Positions 26,988 through 34,820 of a stretch of DNA of 34,820 nt are shown here, one piece after another. The stretch's first letter is position 1. Each line of letters opens with the position of its first letter. The stretch is from a virus. Taxonomy: Duplodnaviria; Heunggongvirae; Uroviricota; Caudoviricetes. The notes beneath the pieces were generated by a model. The model was given only the letters and a program-made list of their open reading frames with translations. It was not told the DNA's origin and made no database searches. Location of the stretch: the IMG/VR virus record IMGVR_UViG_3300037751_000382, positions 66,619 through 101,438 of that record. One strand, 5' to 3'. Both the position numbers and the translations under genes were made by a program.

Positions 26988-27139
26988 CTACTGGGTGACA
27001 GGTAGCTGTCCAGGTGACGGGGGCGTCTACTGGGTGACAAGGGGCATCTACTGGGTGACCGGTAGCTGTCCGGGTGACCGGGGCGTCTACTGGGTGACAA
27101 GGGGCGTCTACTGGGTGACCGGTAGCTGTCCGGGTGACA
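26988..27139. repeat. 20/21-bp tandem repeats (CTACTGGGTGAC... / GGTAGCTGTCCGGGTGAC), inverted relative to the 21036 and 33427 blocks
   Basis: Direct reading and reverse-complement comparison. Confidence 0.88.
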
Positions 27140-27207
27140 TTTTATTTGACAAGTACAATTTAGTGTGGTACATTTCATTAGTTACCTATCATCTTGGAGT
27201 TAATGAA

Positions 27208-27363
27208 ATGACAATCAATCGAAAAAATGTACCGCTACTCAAAACTGGAAAGATTGATCAAAGCTACGGGTTATCGGGCAGGTGGTTCGGCGCGCGTTAT
27301 TACACCGGAGTGGATGCTAGGCAAGTCATCACCCGTAGAGTACTTATCTTAACCAAAGGGTAA
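27208..27363 (+). CDS. small hypothetical protein
   Basis: GGAG RBS after promoter 27146-27174. Confidence 0.55.
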   Translation: MTINRKNVPLLKTGKIDQSYGLSGRWFGARYYTGVDARQVITRRVLILTKG

Positions 27364-27412
27364 AAAGTGTAGGTGACCTTTACCCCGCGCTCTTGAGGGA
27401 GCGCGGTCAAAG

Positions 27413-27493
27413 GTTACTCTGTTACTTGTTACTTGTTACTTGTTACTTGTTACTTGTTACTTGTTACCTGTTACCTGTTACCTGTTACCTGTA
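27413..27493. repeat. 7-bp tandem repeat GTTACTT/GTTACCT
   Basis: Direct reading; expansion of the motif preceding TAAGTGGAG RBSs. Confidence 0.9.
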
Positions 27494-27507
27494 AGTGGAG
27501 CGATTTT

Positions 27508-27744
27508 ATGCCTCTAATTAAGACAACATTTCATGGCCATGAGGACGGCGCATTTTTGCTTGCGGAAATGAGGAACCCTGTTAGTGGGGAACATATGGCA
27601 TGGTTAATTCACAATTGGGTGGACAAGCTAAGTATGTTGGAAAATCACCGATCAGTGGTAAAAGACCTTGCTAATTGTCTTGGCTACCACGGGCAATTGA
27701 CTTATGAGGGTCATGGGGCATGTTATACTTGGGTGGTAACATGA
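27508..27744 (+). CDS. hypothetical protein
   Basis: ATG after TAAGTGGAG. Confidence 0.6.
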   Translation: MPLIKTTFHGHEDGAFLLAEMRNPVSGEHMAWLIHNWVDKLSMLENHRSVVKDLANCLGYHGQLTYEGHGACYTWVVT

Positions 27745-27926
27745 CATTAGAGCAATGGGTTACGTTAACTGGTGTACAAGTGACCACAACCTCAAGTGGA
27801 ATCTGTATACTAGTGAACAAACATACATCGATGTACAGTGATCTGTGGCATTTGACAGACTACCTTGTGATCGGTGTAGCTTGTGGGGTGGTCTGGTTAA
27901 CTTCACGAACGAAAAGGATACTGTAA
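27741..27926 (+). CDS. hypothetical protein
   Basis: ATGA coupling; LWHLTDY. Confidence 0.55.
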   Translation: MTLEQWVTLTGVQVTTTSSGICILVNKHTSMYSDLWHLTDYLVIGVACGVVWLTSRTKRIL

Positions 27927-27936
27927 AGGGAAAATA

Positions 27937-28134
27937 ATGGCTACACAAGAACAACGAAAACAATTAGGACAATTGGTAAATGAGTTAGGTTTGTTGGAAG
28001 TTATACATTGCCTAACTGAGAACATTGTTACCCTGCGGATATCAACTGACAAGTATATCTGTGCGCAAGGGGTCTTACGTAAGTGTTCACAAAGCTTATG
28101 GACCCTAGGCTTTTCAGAAGGGACAATCAAGTGA
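27937..28134 (+). CDS. small helical protein (family with 28327 and 29853)
   Basis: LVNELGLLEVIHCLTE. Confidence 0.6.
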   Translation: MATQEQRKQLGQLVNELGLLEVIHCLTENIVTLRISTDKYICAQGVLRKCSQSLWTLGFSEGTIK

Positions 28135-28316
28135 CTTTACGGGACATAATGACTAAGGAAATAGCACAACACGGTTGGATGGATTACGCCTTTGAAAGAG
28201 GGGATGACAATGCCAAGGAGTTTTCATCATATGTTAACTGGTTAAATTCTCTTGATGATGAGGATTTTTTGTATTGTTACAAACGAGTAAGGGATTATGA
28301 AAATAGCTTAGATTAG
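28131..28316 (+). CDS. hypothetical protein
   Basis: GTGA coupling; WLNSLDDEDFL. Confidence 0.55.
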   Translation: MTLRDIMTKEIAQHGWMDYAFERGDDNAKEFSSYVNWLNSLDDEDFLYCYKRVRDYENSLD

Positions 28317-28326
28317 GGGATAAACT

Positions 28327-28509
28327 ATGTGTGCTAGTGATGTAGCAATTGCCGAGTTAAAGGTATTGTGTACTCGTTATGGATATGTTGAAATTATCGG
28401 ATGGCTCTCCGAATTAGTTGATGCACAGTCTAAGGGAAATGACAAATGGCGCGAAGTTAGCTATGATTTGGATCATGCTGCATATGAGCTAAGAAAAATA
28501 TTTCCCTAA
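28327..28509 (+). CDS. small helical protein (family with 27937 and 29853)
   Basis: LCTRYGYVEIIGWLSE. Confidence 0.6.
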   Translation: MCASDVAIAELKVLCTRYGYVEIIGWLSELVDAQSKGNDKWREVSYDLDHAAYELRKIFP

Positions 28510-28542
28510 TGTACACAATCCTTGAGACATCCAGCGCCATGT

Positions 28543-28924
28543 AAAAATTTTTCCGGGAAACTTGACAAGTTACATTTTTGAGCTAGAGTTAAGTAGTTAA
28601 GAGTTACCTATCCACGGAGACTATCATGATTATTCATCAAATAAGTCGCATCGATGGTTCAATTCGCAATAAACTTACACTGGATCAATTCCGAAAGTAT
28701 CTTAGCAAACTGTATATTGACAAGATGAGTCAAGCGGAGGTTGACGAAATTTTACTATCCGTCTTTAGTGGCAACGAACACACAACCACTGGATACGTAT
28801 ATAAACGATTCATCACCTACGGACCGATCCAAGCGTAATTTGGAACAAAAATTTTTACAGGAAACTTGACAAGTTACATTTTTGAGCTAGAGTTAAGTAG
28901 TTAAGAGTTACCTGTCAACGGAGA
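28543..28924 (+). repeat. ~78-bp direct repeat carrying promoter + RBS (28543-28620 and 28847-28924)
   Basis: GGAAACTTGACAAGTTACATTTTTGAGCTAGAGTTAAGTAGTTAAGAGTTACCT..ACGGAGA occurs twice. Confidence 0.9.
28626..28838 (+). CDS. hypothetical protein
   Basis: Lies between the duplicated promoter cassettes. Confidence 0.65.
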   Translation: MIIHQISRIDGSIRNKLTLDQFRKYLSKLYIDKMSQAEVDEILLSVFSGNEHTTTGYVYKRFITYGPIQA

Positions 28925-28931
28925 AAACAAG

Positions 28932-29105
28932 ATGTGTCAAGCTACTCTACAGTCAATCGGCGACATTGTTAACGAGTTTAACGAAAACTGCAAAATGGAA
29001 TTGCACACCGACGAAACGTTTGTTTGGGAACTACTTGAGGAAGTGTATATGCTGGCAACAGGGAAAGAATTGGACACCCGTTGGTGGCCTGAGAAAGCGC
29101 AGTAA
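28932..29105 (+). CDS. small hypothetical protein (57 aa)
   Basis: ATG after GGAG of the second cassette; not in the ORF track. Confidence 0.6.
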   Translation: MCQATLQSIGDIVNEFNENCKMELHTDETFVWELLEEVYMLATGKELDTRWWPEKAQ

Positions 29106-29153
29106 CAGTTTACCTTGTAAGTGGAATTTACCTTTTACTTGAGGAGTAGTGTA

Positions 29154-29411
29154 ATGACCGGTCGGGAGATTGAAAAGAAATTGTTTGATTTGTTCGGTTT
29201 TGATGATTTTGTTTTTCATCGGATAGGCAGCAATCGTGGTGAATTACGGTTGCAAAGGGGGAAATCAATTCTTGCCGGATTCATTGTTGCTAACTATGGT
29301 GCTGATCATAGGTTTTTTGATTGGGAAAATGATACGGGGTGGATGATCGGGGGTACTTTGAATACTGCGCCATATTGCTGGACTAATATAATGGCCATTA
29401 ATGGATTTTAG
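29154..29411 (+). CDS. hypothetical protein, paralog of 30923-31138
   Basis: GAGGAG RBS; FGF..F.FHRI..NRGEL.L...NDTGW. Confidence 0.65.
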   Translation: MTGREIEKKLFDLFGFDDFVFHRIGSNRGELRLQRGKSILAGFIVANYGADHRFFDWENDTGWMIGGTLNTAPYCWTNIMAINGF

Positions 29412-29451
29412 GGAATAGTGGAACGTTTTACTTACTTTTGAAAGGGTTTCT

Positions 29452-29661
29452 ATGTCAACTATACCGCGAGGAGAAATCATTTTGGAATGTGCGACAGCGG
29501 TTGCCGCGTGTTGGAACTATTATAGTGATATTCCTTTGACTAAGGAAACTGTAGAGAATATCGCTTACCATCTTACAGACTACCTTCCACGGGTAGTTTC
29601 AACGGACCACTGGCTGGAATACGCCAATGAGTACAAGGAATATGTTGAGTCTCAAGAATAA
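29452..29661 (+). CDS. hypothetical protein, paralog of 20275-20547
   Basis: CWNYYSDIPL; stop codon inside the hairpin element. Confidence 0.7.
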   Translation: MSTIPRGEIILECATAVAACWNYYSDIPLTKETVENIAYHLTDYLPRVVSTDHWLEYANEYKEYVESQE

Positions 29662-29852
29662 CCTTTACCCCGCGCTCTTGCGGGAGCGCGGTCAAAGGTT
29701 ACTCTGTTACCTGTTACTTATAAGTGGGGCAATAAGTAGAGTTTATAATGGTGAAGGGGATATTTTGGAAGATAGAACGGAATATAATGAAGTTAATCCC
29801 CTTGCCTGGAAAGTAGAAAAAGTTGGAAGTATCAATTATAAGGTAAAAATGA

Positions 29853-30062
29853 ATGACAACTAAGCTAGAGAAATATCATGTTAAACAAGTCATCGAAGAA
29901 ATAGGGATATTTGGCATGGTGATGTGTTTAACGGAGTATTGCCAAGATAAAGAGAATGAAGCGAATAAAAAGGACAATTGGGTAGACTTGCACAAATACT
30001 GTAATGTGCATGAGTCATTAATCCATTGCCAGCAAATACTTTGGAAACATGGTTTCCGATAA
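29853..30062 (+). CDS. small helical protein (family with 27937 and 28327)
   Basis: VIEEIGIFGMVMCLTEYC. Confidence 0.6.
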   Translation: MTTKLEKYHVKQVIEEIGIFGMVMCLTEYCQDKENEANKKDNWVDLHKYCNVHESLIHCQQILWKHGFR

Positions 30063-30127
30063 TTTGACTTTCCCTTGGTTCCATGGTACTGTTGAGTGGA
30101 CGGTTAACATTCACTAAGGGGTCCACC

Positions 30128-30289
30128 ATGAGATACTGGCAAATGTGCACTGGTGACTATTTGGTCAGTGTGCAACAGTTACCTAGTGGCACATGGCTCG
30201 CTAGTACAGGATTGAAAATGGTTCTTGATAAGTGGGGAACCACCCTTAGGATATCTAGCGGAGCAAACGATCGGTGGGTTGTATTTTGA
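30128..30289 (+). CDS. small hypothetical protein
   Basis: ATG after AAGGGG, behind promoter 30064. Confidence 0.5.
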   Translation: MRYWQMCTGDYLVSVQQLPSGTWLASTGLKMVLDKWGTTLRISSGANDRWVVF

Positions 30290-30343
30290 TGTCCCTGATA
30301 GTTTAAGGGACTAACCTTTTACTTGTAAGTGGAGTTAATTGCA

Positions 30344-30565
30344 ATGGGACTAGAAAGACAATTATTCAATTGGGATGGGGGTTGGGATGACATCGATGAG
30401 GGAGTTTATCTATTTTATGATTGCACCTTGGTTGTGCCCATTGGCAATCATCCTGTAGGCGCACATTTTGAGACTGTGATGTTTGATATCCAACATAGTC
30501 AATTGGCTCTGCAAAATGATGGGGAGGAATCTGTTTTCAAGCTACTGGTGACCGTTGTAAGGTAA
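30344..30565 (+). CDS. hypothetical protein, probable paralog of 22454-22654
   Basis: TAAGTGGAG RBS; stop codon inside the hairpin element. Confidence 0.65.
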   Translation: MGLERQLFNWDGGWDDIDEGVYLFYDCTLVVPIGNHPVGAHFETVMFDIQHSQLALQNDGEESVFKLLVTVVR

Positions 30566-30922
30566 CCTTTACCCCGCGCTCTTTCAGGGTAAAGATTACC
30601 TGTAAGTGGGTGGCCTTGTAAGTGGGTGGCCTTGAAAATTTTTATTTGACTTTCGCGGGGCACATGGTACTATTGAGTGTACGGTTAACGTTCACTTTTT
30701 AAAGGGACAAAAATGATCACTTTACTCTGTGCCGGATTCATTGTGTACTGCTGGGTACGAATTAGTTACATCAATCCAAGGACCTACTACTAATGGTCGA
30801 TGGCCAGAAAAGATACAGACGAAACCGATCAGTGGTACGGGTACGTTGGTATGCTTTGTGGCGATCAATCCGGTTTAACCGAAGGTACGGGTTACTGGTT
30901 ACTTGTAAGTGGAGTAGAACCA

Positions 30923-31138
30923 ATGACAATCGGTCAATTGATTAAGGAATTGCATACTTTTTATGGATTCCTCTTTGAGTTTCAACGGGTAGCAGATGAC
31001 CGTGGTTCACTAGTCCTTCGATCCGGGAATCTAACTCCAGTTGCTACGTTTTGTGTATGTAATGTTAATGCTGGATATTCATGCGCAAATGATTCAGGGT
31101 GGCAGTGGGGTAGAGAAGTGTACCATGGTTCCCTCTAA
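30923..31138 (+). CDS. hypothetical protein, paralog of 29154-29411
   Basis: TAAGTGGAG RBS; YGFLFEFQRV..DRGSL.L...NDSGW. Confidence 0.65.
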   Translation: MTIGQLIKELHTFYGFLFEFQRVADDRGSLVLRSGNLTPVATFCVCNVNAGYSCANDSGWQWGREVYHGSL

Positions 31139-31377
31139 AATTTTTATTTGACTTTCGCTGGGCAAAGGAAAGTGCGGCAGTGCGCTGGATTGCAGCATGT
31201 TACTACGCTGGTGTTTACAATACGGAAATGTTGTATTCTTTCTGTTGTCCCGATAGCTGTGGGTTTTCAATGCTTAACCTAGATCAAGTGAAAATGATTA
31301 TTGACTTGAGGTAACCTTTACCTCTTGTGGGAGCGCGGTCAAAGGTTACTCTGTTACCTGTAAGTGGAGTGGTAGTT

Positions 31378-31605
31378 ATGATACCCATAAAAAGAGTTTA
31401 TGTTAAAAACTCAGGGCCTTGTGGTTTTGTGGTTTTTGCAGAATCTGATCATCCGGTAATAACTAATCTTTATCGTTTTGACAATGGTCAAGGTGAAGGG
31501 GTGATTTTTACTGGTTATACTCGTGCGATGGATTTTGTGCAATTTGTTCAGGAGAAGGGACATATTAGCAAAAAGGGTTGGACGTTTGTTGATTCTTATG
31601 CCTAA
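31378..31605 (+). CDS. hypothetical protein
   Basis: TAAGTGGAG RBS. Confidence 0.6.
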   Translation: MIPIKRVYVKNSGPCGFVVFAESDHPVITNLYRFDNGQGEGVIFTGYTRAMDFVQFVQEKGHISKKGWTFVDSYA

Positions 31606-31695
31606 TGTTACTTGTAAATTTTATTTGACTTTCACTGGACACGTGGTACTATTGAGTGTACGGTTACCTTGTTACTTGTAAGTGGAGAGTTGAAA

Positions 31696-31941
31696 ATGCA
31701 CACTTCAGTTAATGACTTGATCCGTTCACTACAACAATTTCCGGGGGATACGCCAGTTATCGGGGTGACCTTGAAAGGGGTAGCTTCGAACGTTATTTCG
31801 GTACAATGTTGTGCAGGGATTGATCCAGAAAAACCTAATAATTGTTTCATCTGTTTTTGGGATGAAATCGATAAAGGTCCATATCTTGGATACGTGGAAC
31901 CAACATGCGAGGCACCGGTGCCCAAGGCATTGTGTGACTAG
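31696..31941 (+). CDS. hypothetical protein
   Basis: SVNDLIRSLQQFPGDTPV phage-type N-terminus; own promoter. Confidence 0.65.
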   Translation: MHTSVNDLIRSLQQFPGDTPVIGVTLKGVASNVISVQCCAGIDPEKPNNCFICFWDEIDKGPYLGYVEPTCEAPVPKALCD

Positions 31942-32020
31942 GTAACAATTTTGTTTGACTTTCACTGGGTACATGGTACTATTGAGTGTACAGTTACCTT
32001 GTAAATAAGGAAACATAACA

Positions 32021-32227
32021 ATGCGTCCAAAATACATACATGCCAACCCCAAAAGAATCCAGGTACTATATGAGCCAGAACAATACAATCCAACGTGCAA
32101 TTGCACAATACCGGGTGCTTGGGTAGCAATACCTGATCATGGCCCAAAATTTACTTGTGGTGACACCTTAGACGAAACCATTGTGTATTTATCGGAAACA
32201 TACCCAAACGCCAAGATTATCCGTTGA
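32021..32227 (+). CDS. hypothetical protein (HicB-like N-terminal fold possible)
   Basis: WVAIPD..FTCGDTLDE pattern; own promoter. Confidence 0.55.
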   Translation: MRPKYIHANPKRIQVLYEPEQYNPTCNCTIPGAWVAIPDHGPKFTCGDTLDETIVYLSETYPNAKIIR

Positions 32228-32338
32228 TCCGTGTGAACTATTACATTGTAACTGTAAAATTATTTGACTTTCACCAGATACATGGTATTATTGAGTAGTT
32301 CAATATTACCCTGTTACTCGTAAGTGGAGTGTACTGAA

Positions 32339-32758
32339 ATGATGCCGAAATTACCAGTTAATGAAATGTTGTGTACTGCGGAAATTAGTGGTGAAGATAG
32401 GGAAATCATTTACGCTTGTTTTAACATGAATACTCAGAGACTGCGATCGGTCAGACCATTTCAAAGTGTGGATTGTGATAAATTTAAGAGTAAGGTCAAT
32501 TATGTGTGGCGGATGCTTTGCTTTTCTTTTTGCTCCAATCGACCCTACTCTTGTATGCCAGTTACTGCGGATTTTGACTTGTGCCATTTTTACTGGGTGC
32601 AGGAAAAGAATGGGTTAATAGGTAAGGAGGAAAGGAGAACAATGGAGAAAGAGACTATTAAGTCTCTTAATGACCTGATCAAGCGGTTTGAGGGTACCTT
32701 GCCTGTTACTTTTCAAACAGGAACAATGCGATGGGCTAGGGCATTTGGGGTCGTATAG
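32339..32758 (+). CDS. phage-type hypothetical protein
   Basis: RLRS..P...YVWRML.F..S....CMPVTADF; own promoter and TAAGTGGAG RBS. Confidence 0.75.
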   Translation: MMPKLPVNEMLCTAEISGEDREIIYACFNMNTQRLRSVRPFQSVDCDKFKSKVNYVWRMLCFSFCSNRPYSCMPVTADFDLCHFYWVQEKNGLIGKEERRTMEKETIKSLNDLIKRFEGTLPVTFQTGTMRWARAFGVV

Positions 32759-32880
32759 ATGGGTGGGAAGGGATTCCCTTTACTTGTAAATTGGATATGT
32801 TTATCTGTAAATTTGTTACCTGTAAGTTTTCAATGTACATCAGGATATATTTGTACATTAGTGAACATAAAATTGATGCC

Positions 32881-33063
32881 CGGTCACCCAGTCACCTAGT
32901 CACCTAGTCACCTAGTCACCTAGTCACCCAGTCACCTGGACGGTCACCCAGTCACCTGGACGGTCACCCAGTCACCTGGACGGTCACCCAGTCACCTGGA
33001 CGGTCACCCAGTCACCTGGACGGTCACCCAGTCACCTGGACGGTCACCCAGTCACCTGGACGG
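32881..33063. repeat. 9-bp and 20-bp tandem repeats (CGGTCACCCAGTCACCTGGA)
   Basis: Direct reading. Confidence 0.93.
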
Positions 33064-33146
33064 GGATGAAAATTTTCATTTGACTTTTGCCAGCCATATG
33101 GTACTATTGAGGGTACGGCTAACCTACTTTCAGAAAGGGTACGCAA

Positions 33147-33287
33147 ATGATCACTGTAAAGGTACGTCCTAATCAGTCTAGTCCATGGCAGTTGTTTGGT
33201 GTGGCCACCAGTTTGCAAAAGGCCTATCGTCTGATCGAATGCTATGGATGCCCCGAATATCACTGTCAAATTGAACGGGTCGGGTGA
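33147..33287 (+). CDS. small hypothetical protein (46 aa)
   Basis: Promoter 33080-33107 and AAAGGG RBS; not in the ORF track. Confidence 0.5.
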   Translation: MITVKVRPNQSSPWQLFGVATSLQKAYRLIECYGCPEYHCQIERVG

Positions 33288-33320
33288 GCGGTAAATGGTG
33301 AGCGGTAAATGGTGAGTAGT

Positions 33321-33358
33321 AAATTAGCCAGGTGACCGGTCACCTGGCTAATTTTTTT
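33321..33358 (+). terminator. perfect 34-bp palindrome running into a T-tract; probable intrinsic terminator
   Basis: AAATTAGCCAGGTGACC|GGTCACCTGGCTAATTT followed by TTTT. Confidence 0.6.
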
Positions 33359-33426
33359 CAATGTTAAAAATGGATATTTTCATCAATTTATCTGTTAATG
33401 AAATGTCACCCAATGAAATGTCGCCC

Positions 33427-33677
33427 GGACAGCTACCGGTCACCCATGAACGTCTACCGGTCACCCAGTAGACGCCCCGGTCACCTATGAGCGTCTACCG
33501 GTCACCCAGTAGACGCCCCGGTCACCTATGAGCGTCTACCGGTCACCCATGAACGTCTACCGGTTACCCAGTAGACGCCCGGTCACCTATGAACGTCTAC
33601 CAGTAGACGCCCCGGTCACCTATGAGCGTCTACCGGTCACCCAATAAAATGCCCCCATGAACGTCTACCGGTCACCT
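33427..33677. repeat. 20-bp tandem repeats with a GGTCACC core (CGTCTACCGGTCACC / CAGTAGACGCCCCGGTCACC)
   Basis: Direct reading. Confidence 0.9.
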
Positions 33678-33712
33678 GTTGGTACATTTTGGTTGACTTT
33701 CCAATATTCCAA

Positions 33713-33840
33713 AGTAAATTGTAAATTGTAAATGGTAAATGGTAAATGGTAAATGGTAAATGGTAAATGGTAAATGGTAAATGGTAAATGGTAAATGGTA
33801 AATGGTAAATGGTAAATGGTAAATGGTAAATGGTAAATGG
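33713..33840. repeat. 7-bp tandem repeat (GTAAATG), about 18 copies
   Basis: Direct reading. Confidence 0.95.
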
Positions 33841-34016
33841 TGGCCGAATTATGGAAAGATTATTATCGGTCAATTTACGGGTGACCGGGTTACTGGTAAA
33901 TGGCTCCAAGTTGCACAGAATGACTTGAGATGAATTTTTTAGGGTAACTGGTGTGTGGGGTGCTTGTTTTGTTTTAAGTTGATTCTAGGGCATTCTGTGC
34001 AATTGAGGGTAAAAAA

Positions 34017-34253
34017 ATGTTTATTCTGAAAAATAGTATTAGGACTAAAATTGTAGGTCCGTATATAAATAAGGGTAAAGTGATTAAAGCATATATTGAG
34101 ACTGTTAGTATTGAGTATGATGAAAGTGTGTCATATGAAATTAATCATTGGCGGGCCAGCAGAGTGCTTAGTAACAGAATAGGGTTAACAGGTGAATTAA
34201 CCGGTATTCTATGTAGTGATGGGCATATGATTTGGAGTGTTAATAGTGAATAA
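34017..34253 (+). CDS. hypothetical protein
   Basis: GAGGG RBS. Confidence 0.5.
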   Translation: MFILKNSIRTKIVGPYINKGKVIKAYIETVSIEYDESVSYEINHWRASRVLSNRIGLTGELTGILCSDGHMIWSVNSE

Positions 34254-34754
34254 TTCGTCTGTACACTATTGAAATTTACGTAAACTCTTACATTGTAAGA
34301 GTTTACGTGAATTCGTAGTGTACAATCGTGTTACTGTCTCAAACACATATATATATTAATCGTGAGTTTTTTTTTTTTTTTTTTAAATAAAAATAAAGAG
34401 TATATAAAGAGAGTAACAAACCCGGTACAGTAACAAACCCCCTCTAGAGAATAAACGGTAGCTGTAAACCCCTGGAAAATCTAGGAAAAATGTGTAACTG
34501 GTTACTCTGTGGGTACAGTGTACAAGTGCTATTGGCTCCCTATATAGAGGGGACACCTGTTCGGGGTAATTGATACTAATACCCCCTCTACTAAGGGAGT
34601 GTGGGGGGTGTTAGTACCAATTACCCTGTTAGCGGGGGCGTACCCCCCTTACTCCCTGAGATGGGGGGTGTTAGTGTCAACTAGTCCATTTGGGGTAGAA
34701 ACCACTTAGGGGGTATTAGTATATAGAGGCGCTTAACTTAGCGCTTAACTAGAT

Positions 34755-34820
34755 GTGAGTGGTCCAGGGTGAGTGGTCCTTGGTGAGTGGTCCTTGGTGA
34801 GTGGTCCTTGGTGAGTGGTC
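34755..34820. repeat. 14-bp tandem repeat (GTGAGTGGTCCTTG) running off the window end
   Basis: Direct reading. Confidence 0.9.

Noticed and set aside
465..32587. Numerous antisense ORFs in the track (e.g. 465-731, 7209-7535, 9839-10207, 18950-19255, 31729-32106)
   Set aside because: They are shadows of better-supported genes on the opposite strand and have no motifs.
21036..33677. GGTCACC tandem blocks as additional CRISPR arrays
   Set aside because: There are no unique spacers; the units are head-to-tail permutations of the same modules.

Overview
AT-rich, gene-dense segment that looks like part of a large bacteriophage genome; no structural or replication genes are recognisable here. It has three blocks. 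(1) 1-4510, + strand: two DNA methyltransferases and small Zn-binding proteins. (2) 4452-20547, - strand: nine tRNA or tRNA-like genes, HNH-AP2 homing endonucleases, a metallophosphoesterase, an RNA ligase, a RyR-domain protein, a retropepsin and a compact CRISPR locus. (3) 21600-34250, + strand: an early-type region built from repeated sigma70-like promoters, a repeated hairpin and a repeated RBS motif, with two amidoligases and a class II glutamine amidotransferase, bracketed by tandem repeats and palindromes. The standout is 17763-19731. A ~457-aa Cas12f/TnpB-like protein has a degenerate, truncated RuvC whose C-terminus is replaced by a T5orf172/GIY-YIG-type nuclease domain. It sits directly upstream of a 7-repeat CRISPR array whose distal spacer is a 37-nt copy of the array's own leader. 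All family assignments come from motif recognition by eye; no searches were run.
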